Numbered from the stretch's first letter, positions 35,734 to 48,281 are shown. The stretch: DNA of 64,000 bases from Mobula hypostoma (GCF_963921235.1 NC_086118.1:22384001-22448000), one strand, 5' to 3'. The notes: generated by a model not told the origin, from the letters alone. Program-made: numbers and translations.

Positions 35734-36296
35734 AAATCAGTGGCCACTTCATTAAGTACAGGAGGTACCTACTGGGTATCTTTCTGTATGTTTGTGGTCT
35801 TTTACTGCTGTAGCCCATCCACTTCAAGGTTTGATGTGTTGTTCATTCAGAGATGCTCTTCTGTGCACCGCTGTGGTAATGAGTGGTTATTTGAGTTACT
35901 GTCACTTTCCTGTCAACCTGAACCTGTCTGGCTATTCTCCTCCGACCTCTCTCATTAATAAGGTATTGTTGTCCACAGAACTACCACTCACTGGATTTTT
36001 TTTTGTTGGTTTTTGCTCCGTTCTCTTTAAACTTTAGAGACTGTTGTGCATAAAAATAGCAGGAGATCAGCAGTTTCTGAGAAACTCAATCCAGCCTGAC
36101 CAGCACCAACAATTATTCCACGGACAAAGTCACTTAGACCACATTTCTTTCCTATTCTAATGTTTGGTCTGAACAACAACTGAACTGTTTGAGCATATCT
36201 GCATGTTTTTATCCATTGAGATGCCACATGATTAGCTGATTAGATATTTGCATTAATGAGGAGTACAGGTCTACCTAATAAAGTGGCCACTGAATG
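35734..36296 (-). mobile_element. Tc1/mariner internal-deletion derivative
   Basis: TIRs (TCAGTGGCCACTTCATTAAGTA / TACCTAATAAAGTGGCCACTGA), flanking TA at 35732-33 and 36297-98. Minus-strand KKCGLSDFVRGIIVGAGQAGLSFSETADLL is a Tc1 N-terminal HTH; no DDE domain. Confidence 0.88.
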
Positions 36297-36629
36297 TATA
36301 GTCGTCACTTCTGAAGTTCAGCAACATCAGCTTCAATAGAACTGAATTTCAGATGAGTGACGTTATTTCTTTGTAGGGAAGGAAGACAATGATCCCTCTT
36401 GTATTTACTTGTCTCATCCACTGGAGATTATTTGCCTCACTGGCTTCCACTTCCATGTGGTGTAAATTTTCATTTACTTAGTCCAATTCCAGTAGCCTTT
36501 ATCCACACAGACTAGAGATGTGCTGCCCATTTGTATATTGGAATAGCCATAAGCAGCACTCTGGTTCATTCTTTCACCTCCACTCACTTGTCATGACAGA
36601 ATACAGTCACAGGACCTGCAGCATCATCC

Positions 36630-38050
36630 AGTGAGGGGGAATTCAACCTGTACTTCTTCCAATTTAATGTACTGTATTAGTGCTAATCATCTTCCTTACA
36701 CTGGGCCAAACAAGGGTGAGCTTCTAGTTTCTTGTTTCTTTAATTCAAAATCCCTTTCTGTCCTGACCTGTCTTCGGCCTCCTAATTTTTCGCATTGAAT
36801 CGACATTGAGATGTAGGATTGAGGAATGACAATTCATCACATCCATCTAGGCAGTTGCGATTCTACCCTGACCTAAAAATTTCAGATAACCAGCTTTTCC
36901 AGAGTTCTATCTCACCTGTCTGCTTTTTTTTGCTGTGAAAGTTCAAAGTAAATTTACTTTCAAAGTATATCTGCATACATTTTACCACATACAACCCTGG
37001 GATTCATTTTCCTGCAGGCATACTCAGCAAATCTATAGAATAATAACTGTAACAGGATCAAGGACAGATCAGCCAGAGTGCAGGGTACAACAAACTGTGC
37101 AAATGCAAACATAAATAAATAGCAATAAATAATGGGAATATGAGATAATAAGCTAAAAAGTCCTTAAAGTGAGATCATTGGTTGTTGGAACAAGTGAGTG
37201 TAGTTATCCTCTTTTGTTCAGGAGCCTGATGGTTGAGGGGTAATGGCTGCTCTTGAACCTGGTGGTGTGAGTCCTGAGGCTCTTCCACCTTCTACTTGAT
37301 GGCAGCAGCAAGAAAAGAACGTGGTTTGAGCGATGCCACATGAAGCATATTATTCTTTACATATATAAAGAAGTTTGTCAAATTTTTAGATGTCATTGCG
37401 AATCTCCACAATCTTCTAAGGAAGTAGAGGCACATTTGTGCTTTCTTCGCAATTGCGCTTACGTGCTGGGTCCAGGACAGATTCTCTGAAATAGTAACAT
37501 CAAGTTGCTAACCCTCTCCGCCTCTGATCCTCCAGTGATGACGAGCTCATGGACCTTTGACTTCCCTCTCCTGAAGTCTACAATCAGTTTCTCAGTCTTT
37601 TTGACATTGAGTGAGAGGTTGTGGTTATGACACCAATCAGCCACATTTTCAGTCCCCCTCCGGTTGGTTCATCACCACCTCTGATTCAGCCTACAACAGT
37701 GGTGTCTTCAGCAAACTTGATGAATTTTTCAGATTTCATTCATCTCCTCTTTACTTGTTCCCCAGACTTACCTTTCATTGTTAATCTGTACCAGCTGCCT
37801 TCAGCCAACACCTCTCCGATTAGTATATTCAGTCTCTCCAAGTCTTCGCCCTACTCAAAACCATCTCTTCTATGCTCTCTGCACTCTGCCTCTTTTTCTC
37901 ATCTACTTTAAACTTGGTTTGCTTTCTATAATCTGATGAAAAGCTATTGTCTTGAAAAGTTTATTTTTTCTCTGTCTACACTTCTACCTAACCTGCTGAG
38001 AATTCCAAGCCTTTTTTGTTTTTTGTTTAATTTCCAATATTTTGATTTGA
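36630..38050 (+). mobile_element. Very old Penelope-like remnant split by a LINE
   Basis: GIY-YIG-like CTSSNLMYCISA (~36650-36685); degenerate CTGATGA...GAAA at ~37933-37960 followed by ACCTGCTGAG. Confidence 0.45.
36940..37722 (-). mobile_element. L2/Rex1-like LINE 3' portion
   Basis: KFAEDTTVVG and WCHNHNLSLNVKKTEKLIVDFRR (37459-37644); (GAACTTT)-type tail near 36940. Confidence 0.85.
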
Positions 38051-38959
38051 ATGTTTTAATGCAAATATGACACTCATGATGGTTGCTTGTAAACTGGCAG
38101 TAAAATTTGAAGCACATTTTAAAACACTAGGCATAAGTGTGTTTTGGTGCTTGAAATACTCAATGATAAATCTAGAATCCAACACACAATATAAACTGCA
38201 TTTTCTCAATATAATGAGCATGCTGTTAAAAGTGCACTTCTGCTAATGAGCATAAATGATTCTACAGGACAGGAGAGACACTAAATCTATGTTTGTTGAG
38301 GTGTTCTACTTAATATTCATGGTCCGTGATTTATGTGTCCAAAATGATTACATCTGCAGGCAGAAGCATTTTTTTGTGTTTTATTGCCATTGTCTTCTTT
38401 AATTGATTTTACAGCATTATTTTATTTTCAATTTTATGACACTGTTCTGTTAACGCTGTGTGCATGTTTAATGATGTAAGATTGATGTATTTATTAAGAA
38501 TAACTATCTCTGAAAATAAAAATTTAATTTTGCTTACTTTTAAAATGAAACCTTTGGGGGTACTTTTAACTATTAACTGTAAAAGGAATATTATCAGATC
38601 TGATGTCCTTTGCACACTATATCTGTTGTGTAGTGGGAAAAGAAATTAGCTCGGTTATATAAGTCAATGCACATTCCTTTTGTTTGCAGACAATTTCATT
38701 TCCATTGAGATTTTATCTGTTATCTTCTTTTAAAATTTGCATTTCTCACCAGATGTGAGTTCTTTTGAATAAATTGGGCTTTTTATCGCACCTCAGAACT
38801 GAGGCTCATCTCAATTATATTAAGGATAGAAAAGAGTGAGGTGATAAATGCCTGATTTTCAGAGAGGGGTATAATGGGCAAAGGTTTTTCCCAAAGACTA
38901 GAGCAAGAATTGTTGCACTCTGCTACTTGATACATATATATTCATTTGGATGTGGGAAT

Positions 38960-39760
38960 AAAGAGTATTGCCAATCTTTACTGACAAGTGGGGTGACAAC
39001 ACGATATAAATTTGCTAACAGAATGGAGAGACAAATGGCAGATGAAGTTTAATACATTTTGGCCAATGGGATAGGGAAAGGTAATATAGAATTAATGGAA
39101 CAAGTTCATTGCACATTCAGCAAACAGTGAAACTTGGCAGTTTATGCACATATCTTTGAAGGAGGTAGGACATATTAAGAAAGCTGTGGGATTTTGGGCT
39201 TCACAAAGAGTCACATTGAGTATAAAGGTAGCAAGCCCAATCTGAATCTTTATAAAGCTCTGGCTAATCCATAACTATTGTAATGCATCTAGTTTTTGTC
39301 TCCACATTGTAAGAACAACAAGCAGCAGGCAGAGCTGATGTCTCACAGCTTCAGTGACCCGGGTCCAATCCTGACATCTGCTGCCATTTGCATGGAGTTG
39401 CTATATTGTCTCTTTGACTATGTGGGATGTCCCTATTGCTCTGGTTTGCTCCCATATCCCAAAGGTAGGCTGCCAGGTAGAGTTGGTTACTATAAAAATC
39501 ATTCCAAGTAGAGGTAGGTGGAAAATACTGATGGACATGTAAGGGAGAATAGATTACAGGAAAATAATCAGAGGAATAGAATAAATGGTAGTGTTCTGAT
39601 TGCCAGCATAGACCCAATGGATACAGAATGGTTTTACTATCCTTGAGAGGGGTCTTGCTTCTGGACATGAGGAATTGTAGCTATAGTTAGGTTGCAGAAA
39701 CTGTGATAGTTCCTCTCAGAGTAAAGGAGAAAGGAGGAATTTGATAGAGGTGATTGGATC
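38960..39760 (+). mobile_element. Very old CR1 fragment with nested degenerate V-SINE-like element (~39320-39630)
   Basis: EWRDKWQMKFN-like sequence ~39020-39050; SINE-like GACCCGGGTCCAATCCTGAC and ATGGAGTTGCTATATTGTCTC. Confidence 0.5.
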
Positions 39761-40589
39761 TTACCTGTGCGACAAACCACTGCACAGGAATCCTATTCAA
39801 TAAGGCCTGAACAATATAACATGTAATTCGTGTCCAGTAATTTTTGAGTGGATGTCCAAACTGTTTGTTTGCACTTTGTGTTTTTGTACATGCAAAGTTC
39901 ATTAGTTTATTACAGTATTTAAAAGATATACACTTCTAATACATTAAAGTTTAACCAGTCCGCGTGAATCCTTTCATTCTCCATCACTTCACTTCATCAA
40001 TCACTTAGGCCCTCAAAAGAGCAACAGTATGACACTGGCAAGTGAACTTTCAATGATGTAACATTCTCATTTATGAAAGAAACATATGTATCCTAGTGAA
40101 TCTATCATTCATCTCAGTCTGTTTCAAGAAACTGTGCAGTATTTTGGAATAACCTTTGGTAATTATGATTTCAAGATCCCTTAGGATAACTGAAAATGAA
40201 CACTTGTTCTACTTCCTTTGGCATTGATCGAGAGTGAAATGTCAAGTCAGGAAACATGGAGAAATCATGACTCACGCATCTTACAACTGCAGATTGCTTT
40301 TGATGTGTAATTACTGCTTTAAGTTAGAAAGTATGATTACTCATTTTGTAACAAGCTCCCACAAATGACAATAAAATAAATCACCAGGTAATCTGCGTGG
40401 TTGATGTTTAATGAATAAATGTTGGCCAGGAAACTGAAATGAGTGCACTTTAAGCTGTACCATGGAAACTTTCACTGCCACCAGTAAGAGCAAATGGGGT
40501 CTGGGTTTAACATTTCATCCAGCACTCCTATGATACTGCACAGAATCTATAGGCATGTACACAAAGATACTCAACAGGCTGCAGGAACG

Positions 40590-41760
40590 GTCCATAACCA
40601 CTACCTCATCATTCATTTCTTTTGCGCTATTTATTTACTTTGTAATTTGTAGTTTATTTAAGTCTCTGCACTGTGCTGTGTCTCAAAACAGCAAATTTCA
40701 TGTCATATAAGACAATGATAGTAAATCTGATTCTGACCGTGAATGCTGGTAGCATATATGGAGGGAAATGGACAGCCAGTGCTTTGGTTTGAGACCTTTC
40801 ATCTGGAGATCCAAACATCCATTTCCCTTCATTGGGGATGCCTGAGCCACGAGTGTTTTCTGTGATAAACCAATGGATATATGAGTCTGGGACGAGAGCT
40901 ACGCCAAGGCTGACGCTTTTGATCTCTGCCGCTTTTCCTGTAATGCCATGGGAATACAAGGACTGGTCATGAAGACAGGAAAACTGACCTGGTAACAAGT
41001 GAATCTGAAGCACCAACTCAGAATCAGAATCATGTTTAATATCACCGGCAATGCCACGAAATTTGCTGTTTTTGCGGCGGCATTACATTGCAATACATAA
41101 CATTAAAAACCGTGAAAAACAGTAAGAATACATTGTATCTATATATATCTATGTATTGGATTGAATTGACTTTTTATTACTGACATCCTTCATATACATG
41201 AGGAATAAAAATCTTTATGTTATGTCTCCATCTAAATGTGCAATGTGCAATTTATAGTAATTTATAATAAATAGTATGTAAAACAGGACAGTCAGTATAA
41301 CATAGAAATACAATTGTGTCAGCATGAATTAATCAGACTGACGGCCTGGTGGAAGGAGCTGTCCCGGAGTCCTGGAGTGTTGGTCCTGGCTTTTATGCTG
41401 TGATACCGTTTCCTGGATGGTAGCAGCTGAAACACATATATATAAAATACCTAAATTAAATAAGTAATGCAAAAAAAGTAGAGTTGTGGTGTTCATGGGT
41501 TCAATGTCCATTCAGAAATCAAGAAATCAAATGGCAGAGGGGAAGAAGCTGTACCTGAATTGTTAAGTATGTGCTTTCAGGCTCCTGTTCCTCCTTCCTG
41601 ATGGTAGCAATGAGAACAACAAGGCATGGCCCAGGTGATGGGGATCCTTACTGATGGATGCTGCCTTTCTGGGGCATCGCTCCTTGAAGATGTCCTGGTT
41701 GCTATGAAGGCGAGTACCAATGATGGAGCTGACTGAGTTCACAACTGTCTGCAGCTTCTT
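40590..41760. mobile_element. Cluster of nested L2/Rex1-like 3' fragments plus an old PLE end (~40740-40810)
   Basis: Plus tail AAATCTGATTCTGA at ~40725; minus copy 41017-41760 similar to 25995-26450, with a second minus 3' fragment nested at ~41155-41430. Confidence 0.7.
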
Positions 41761-43022
41761 TCCACAGATGTGGCTAATCTGGCGGGTGTTTCTACCTCTG
41801 TATCTTTCTTACAAAAACAATGAATTGTGATTTTATGTATCTAATTCTTTTTATTCATTTGAGGGGCTGAAGTTCTGGTGGCATTTAGCTACAGGAACAA
41901 GATGTCAGCCTAATAATATATGCATGTGCTGCAGTGTGAATGGGTTTGTGGCAGAGATGCAAGTGCCACTGTGGAGCTAAACTGACACAGTTGCATTTAA
42001 AGTTCACTATTTTTAGGGGCGAATAGTAAAAAAGAATTCAAATTGCATTTTAAGCAGCTGATGGGTGTTTCTGTCTAACAATAGAAGCTGAGTACTTTTC
42101 TTTAACTTCTACATCCCCCGATGAATCAAAGGTATCAGTTAGGCCCCAGTGCATTAGTCCCTGAGTAAACATTGTAAACTTGCCTTTCCCATCGGCTAAC
42201 TGGATCTCTTAGTGTTTTTTTTTGCTGTGGCAAGTCAATAAGGGCTTTAATATACAGCTTTTATCAGAGATTTGTGACATTCCTCCTCTCTATTCATTAT
42301 TGTTGTCACAAGAATTTCCATGACAGGCCATACAATGTCAGCCTCTTGACGATAAAAGAACAAGTGATGGACTTATGGTACACAATCACGTCACACGGTC
42401 ACAGCCTTTCCATGTAAGTAGGAACATCTGTTTAGCTTTTGCTTTTGAATATACCAACTATCCCTTTCGACTCTATTAACCCTTATTAGTGTGATAACAA
42501 AAGGACCGAGGTTAATAGTAAAACAATAGGCAGAATGATGGAAGCCATTCCCACGTTGCCTTGGTGAAGAAGGTATGCATAACAAGTGAATCTTTCTCAG
42601 GGTTGAATAGTCACTCCTGAATGAAGTTTCCCAGTATCTTGAAAGAAGTCACTGCGGTTGCAGAGCGAACTAGTATTCATTAACAAGGCAAAAAAAAGGC
42701 TCTGAAAGAACAGTTTCTCCTACATGTATTCTAGTTTGAAATCCCCAAGAAATGGATTGATATCTTTCTTGCTCATTTGTTAAAGTGTAACTGAGGGCAC
42801 GTTGAACGAGGTCATATGTGAGTGGAAGAAATGTGCCGGACTCGGCTTCCATTCCTCTTACTGATGAAAGAAAAAGCCCTCCTTACAGCACATGGCCACG
42901 TGTGCTTGTAAATTCTTCAGGAACTACCGATCGACCAAATAATCAGTTATGCAGCAAAGGATAAGATAGCTGCCCAAGTCAGGGCATGGATTCCTGATCT
43001 GGTTAAAAAAAGAGCAGGAGAA

Positions 43023-45337
43023 CTGCCGACGGGACATCAACCGTCTCGACTTCACCGCACCTTGTCCCCATTCCAACCCCACTCCTTCCGAATGCTCTGC
43101 TCTCCACTCCCTCCGCACTAATCCTAACCTTATTATTAAACCGGCCGATAAGGGGGGTGGTGTCGTAGCCTGGCGTACTGACCTCTACCTTGCCGAGGCA
43201 CAGGGACAACTCGCGGATACCTCCTCTTATTTACCCCTCGATCGTGACCCCACTAAGGACCACCAGGCCATTGTCTCCCACACCATCACCGACTTTATCC
43301 GCTCAGGGGCTCTCCCATCCACTGCTACCAACCTTATAGTTTCCACACCTCGCACTTCCCGTTTCTACCTCCTACCCAAGATCCACAAACCTGCCTGTCC
43401 TGGCCGACCTATTGTCTCAGCTTGCTCCTGCCCCACCGAACTCGTTTCTGCATACCTCGACACGGTTTTATCCCCCCTTGTTCAATCCCTTCCTACTTAT
43501 GTTCGTGACACTTCTCACGCTCTTAAACTTTTTAATGATTTTAAGTTCCCTGGTCCCCACCGCTTTATTTTCACCATGGATGTCTAGTCCCTATATACTT
43601 CCATCCCCTATCAGGAAGGTCTCAAAGGTCTACGCTCCTTTTGGATTCCAGACCTAATCAGTTCCCCTCTACCACCACTCTGCTCCGTCTAGTGGAATTA
43701 GTCCTTACTCTTAATAATTTCTCCTTTGGCTCCTCCCACTTCCTCCAAACTAAAGGTGTAGCTATGGGCACCCGTATGGGTCCTATTAGTCCGTAAGCCT
43801 GCCTTTTTGTTGGCTTTGTGGAACAATCTATGTTCCGTGCCTATTCTGGTATGTGTCCCCCACTTTTCCTTCGCTACATCGACGACTGCATTGGCACTGC
43901 TTCCTGCACGCATGCAGAGCTCGTTGACTTTATTAACTTTGCCTCCAACTTTCACCCTGCCCTCAAGTTTACCTGGTCCATTTCCGACACCTCCCTCCCC
44001 TTTCTAGATCTTTCTGTCTCTGTCTCTGGAGACAGCTTATCCAATGATGTCTACTATAAGCCTACTGACTCTCACAGCTATCTGGACTACTCCTCTTCTC
44101 ACCCTGTCTCTTGCAAAAACGCCATCCCCTTCTCGCAATTCCTCCGTCTCCACCGCATCTGCTCTCAGGATGAGGCTTTTCATTCTAGGACGAGGGAGAT
44201 GTCCTCCTTTTTTAAAAAGGGGGCTTCCCTTCCTCCACTATCAACTCTGCTCTTAACCGCATCTCCCCCATTTCACGTACATCTGCTCTCACTCCATCCT
44301 CCCGCCACCCCACTAGGAATAGGGTTCCCTTGGTCCTCACGTACCACCCCACCAGCCTCCGGGTCCAACATATTATTCTCCGTAACTTCCGCCACCTCCA
44401 ACGGGATCCCACCACTAAGCACATCTTTCCCTCCCCCCATCTCTCTGTTTTCCACAGGGATCGCTCCCTACGCGACTCCCTTGTCCATTCGTCCCCCCCC
44501 ATCCCTCCCCACTGATCTCCTTCCTGGCACTTATCCTTGTAAGTGGAACAAGTGCTACACATGCCCTTACACTTCCTCCCTTACCACCATTCAGGGCCCC
44601 AAACAGTCCTTCCAGGTGAGGCGACACTTCATCTGTGAGTCGGCAGGGGTGATATACTGCGTCCGGTGCTCCCGACGTGGCCTTTTATATATTGGCGAGA
44701 CCCGATGCAGACTGGGAGACCGCTTTGCTGAACACCTACGCTCTGTCCGCCAGAGAAAGCAGGATCTCCCAGTGGCCACACATTTTAATTCCACATCCCA
44801 TTCCCATTCTGACATGTCTATCCACGGCCTCCTCTGCTGTAAAGATGAAGCCACACTCAGGTTGGAGGAACAACACCTTATATTCCGTCTGGGTAGCCTC
44901 CAACCTGATGGCATGAACATCGACTTCTTGAACTTCCGCTAATGCCCCACCTCTCCCTCGTACCCCATCTGTTATTTATTTTTATACACACATTCTTTCT
45001 CTCACTCTCCTTTTTCTCCCTCTGTCCCTCTGAATATACCCCTTGCCCATCCTCTGGGTTCCCCCCCCCCTTTGTCTTTCTTCCCGGACCTCCTGTCCCA
45101 TGATCCTCTCATATCCCCTTTGCCAATCACCTGTCCAGCTCTTGGCTCCATCCCTCCCCCTCCTATCTTCTCCTATCATTTTGGATCTCCCCCTCCCCCT
45201 CCAACTTTCAAATCTCTTACTAACTCTTCCTTCAGTTAGTCCTGACGAAGGGTCTCGGCCTGAAACGTCGACTGCACCTCTTCCTAGAGATGCTGCCTGG
45301 CCTGCTGTGTTCACCAGCAACTTTGATGTGTGTGGTT
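43023..45337 (+). mobile_element. Penelope-like element (probably Neptune clade): RT + GIY-YIG endonuclease, 5'-truncated, few disablements
   Basis: IIKPADKGG, FYLLPKIHK, FTMDV*SLYTSIP, KGVAMGTRMGP, FLRYIDD, VYYKPTD; Cys linker PCKWNKCYTCPY; VIYCVRC..LYIGET...RFAEH. AGGAGAA duplicated at 43016-43022 and 45338-45344. Confidence 0.95.
45238..45273 (+). ncRNA. Minimal type I hammerhead ribozyme motif in the PLE 3' end
   Basis: Stem I AGTC(45238-41)/GACT(45270-73); core CTGACGA 45242-48; stem II AGG/CCT with loop GTCTCGG; GAAA 45262-65; palindromic ACGT stem III; GTC cleavage triplet 45267-69. Confidence 0.8.
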
Positions 45338-45528
45338 AGGAGAATTAAGTACACTTTTTTCCACTGGTCCACCAATTCAGGATATGTGATACATGAATTT
45401 TGTGAGGCATTTCTTTTCTCTCTCCCTCTGTGCTAAACACAGCACTTCCAGTTCAAAACACGTTCATAGATTGTGAAGATGCTGCCCATTATTAAACCAT
45501 TAGGGTGGCATTGTAGCGGAGTGGTTAG

Positions 45529-46577
45529 ATAGATAGATAAATGATACGTTATTGATCCCAAAGGAAATTACAGTGTCACAGTAGCATTACAAGAGCACAG
45601 ATATGTAAATATTAGAAGAGAAATAGGAAGCATAAAAAATAACAGTCTCAAACAGTCTAACAGGAAGGGTCATCACTTCCTCAGCTATAAGTTGGCTCAT
45701 TATAGAGCCTAATGGCCGAGGGAAAGAATGACCTCACATAGCGCTCTTTGGAGCAGCACAGTTGTCTTAAGCCTGATTTATACTTCTGCGTCAACGCGTT
45801 GCCGTAAGTACTGCATAGACGCAAACCCTACGCAAAGCCGACGCGGAACCCTATGTGAGAGCCTGCGTTGCTGTGACGCGCACCTCTCCCAAAATGTAAC
45901 CGCGCGTCGCGGCAACGCAGAATGCAACAGCTGTGATTGGTCCACTTCGTAGCATCGAATTTCCTCCTACGCTGCAATAGCTTCCTGTTGGGCAACTGAA
46001 GGGCAGGGAAGGAACTCTGGCTGCAATGCTTTCCATAAAGCTTTACAGACCTCCGAAATTATGGAGGACACATTTCACTTTTACGACAAAAGACGCTAAC
46101 GTCTTGTTTACCCCGAGAAAGACTACCATGACCATGAAGCCTTGCGCGGGCAGCTGAATGCGCATGCATGACGTGCGCGAATTACAGAGCGATGCAGACA
46201 AACCAACGCACAAGTATAAATGCTCACAATGTGCGTAGGCCACTTGCGTAGGTTACGGCGTCGAGTTAACACAGAAGTATAAATCAGGCTTTAGTCTATT
46301 GCTAAAAGTACTCCTCTGTTCAGCCAAGGTGGCATGCAGAGGGTGAGAAAAATGCCAGAATTGCCAGGATTTTCTATAGAGTCCTTTGTTCTACCACAGC
46401 CTCCAGTGTGTCCAGTTTGACTCCTATAACAGAGCCAGCCTTTCTAATCAGTTCATTGAGCTTGTCCTCACCTGTGTCCATGCCATTGCCCCAGCACACC
46501 ACCGCATAGAAGATTGTACTAGCGACAACATACTGGTAGAACATGTGAAGGAGAGGCCTGCCTACTCCAAAGGACCT
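45529..46577 (-). mobile_element. L2/Rex1-like LINE 3' portion inserted into the SINE head
   Basis: ORF 46374-46580 (RSFGV..LLHMFYQYVVASTIFYAVVCWG...LIRKAGSVIG); (AGAT)n tail at ~45529-45540. Confidence 0.85.
45770..46290. mobile_element. MITE, PIF/Harbinger-type (521 bp)
   Basis: Perfect 19-bp TIRs AGCCTGATTTATACTTCTG / CAGAAGTATAAATCAGGCT; TTA duplicated at 45767-69 and 46291-93; CpG-rich; no transposase. Confidence 0.92.
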
Positions 46578-46762
46578 CACGCTTTACAGTACAGGCAACC
46601 CAGGTTCAATTCCCGCCACTGACTGTAAGGAGTTTGTGTGTTCTCCCTGTGACCACGTGGGTTTCCTCCCACAGCGCAAAGGTGTACCAGTTGACTGGTT
46701 AATTGGTCATTGTAAAAAAAGCAATTGTCCCATGATTAGGCTAGGATTAAATTGGAGCATTG

Positions 46763-47077
46763 GAGTGTCGGCGCGAGACCAGGTGGTTAAGGCGTTCATC
46801 TAGTGATTCAAAGGTCGCTAGTTCGAGCCTTGGCTGAGGCAGCGTGTGTGTCCTTGAGCAAGGCACTTAACCACACATTGCTCTGTGACGACACCAGTGC
46901 CAAGCTGTATGGGTCCTGATGCCCTTCCCTTGGACAACATCAGTGGCATAGAGAGGGGAGATTTGCAGCATGGGCAACTGCTGGTCTTCCATACAACCGT
47001 GCCCTGGCCTGCACCCTGGAAACCTTCCAAGGCACAAATTCATTGTCTCATGAGACTAACGGATGCCTATAAAAAAA
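46763..47077 (+). mobile_element. tRNA-derived CORE-like SINE with poly(A) and 14-bp TSD
   Basis: B box AGTTCGAGCC; CORE-like GTGTCCTTGAGCAAGGCACTTAACC; AAATTGGAGCATTG at 46749-46762 and 47078-47091. Confidence 0.88.
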
Positions 47078-47961
47078 AAATTGGAGCATTGCTGGGTGGC
47101 GTGGCTCGAAGGGCTGGAAGGGCCTACTCCATACTTTATCTCAATAAAATGTTTTAAAAATGTGTTTTAATCATTTTAAAATGTTACCTTTTTGGCTTGT
47201 TTTCCCCCCATTTTAGCACCGAATGCTTTTTTTAAATTTCTTATGAATGAGTGTAATTTTCAGCCACTCTGTTGTAATGATTTACTGTCAGCAGCTGCAT
47301 TATAGCAGGATAGTATTTAGTGCAATACCTGTTCTAATGGGGTCATTATATTTACTATATCATCAGGGGACAGCTGCCATCCTTCAAACACATGCCTCTC
47401 ACATAGGCTTAAAGTTTTACCTGGTGATAATCTTTGCTATTTGGGAAAATGTGTGATATCTGAAACTGAATTGTTTAACCATCTGTTTTCCTTAGGTTAC
47501 TTGCTTAAAAGCTTTTTGTAAAACCACTTACCGAATATGCGGAGAGGTGTAACTATTTTAGAACTGCTTTTCTTTTGCATAGTGAGTGCTTATTTAAATT
47601 AAAAATCACCCCGTGACTTACCTTTAAATTAAAAATCAACAGATGAGAGGATGCCATCCATGAGAGAGGAAACTATTCAGAGGCAGAAGAATAAAAAAAA
47701 CTCAAGGCCAATCCAGTAGCAGCAGTTGTTCGCTATCACACATGAATTTTAAGAGTATGTGGAAGTAAAAGAAAAAATGAGATGGAGAATATGTTACAAA
47801 TAACGTTTTAGGCTAAGTGACTGTATAATGAGAAGATAGGACATACTGTATCTTACATTATGGCATTTTTGCATACTAAATATCATTTTCTCAACCATAA
47901 TTAGGAGCAGGAGCATTTGGTGGAATTCATTCATTTACTTTTTATTTAAGGATGATTTTTT

Positions 47962-48281
47962 TGTGGCGAGAAACCTAGGCAAGGATGGTTAGGACCCAAG
48001 TGCTGGAGTATCTGAGACTAGAATCGAGACACGATACGAGACTGAAACAAGGACAGGGTTCTAAACTAGATGTTCAGTGGGAATCCACAGTAGAGCTAAT
48101 GATTGAGCACTGAACCTCAGTTCATGTATTCTTTAAATATTAAAATCCTGGTGCCAAAACATGGCTGTGAATTAGCGGGGCAGGCCTGAATCTTTAAAGG
48201 GGCGGCCCCAGCTATCCATATTCTGGAGAGTCAGAGAGTCTAAACCCCAGAGGATGGCCTGATTGGGTGCATATCATAACG
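47962..48281 (-). repeat. 3' LTR of the sushi-like element
   Basis: Direct repeat of 52457-52774, visibly diverged. Confidence 0.92.

Larger units (their letters stand above)
45503..47148 (+). mobile_element. HE1/V-SINE-like element split into three pieces (45503-45528, ~46578-46762, 47078-47148)
   Basis: A box TAGCGGAGTGG, B box GGTTCAATTCC (~46603-46613), GGAGTTTGTGTGTTCTCCC body, CR1-like tail GAAGGGCCTACTCC...AATAAA. Confidence 0.85.

Noticed and set aside
43818..44942. 374-aa ORF as an intact protein
   Set aside because: It crosses compensating frameshifts (out-of-frame middle, ~44220-44500), and the upstream RT has a stop and frameshifts; the PLE is non-functional.
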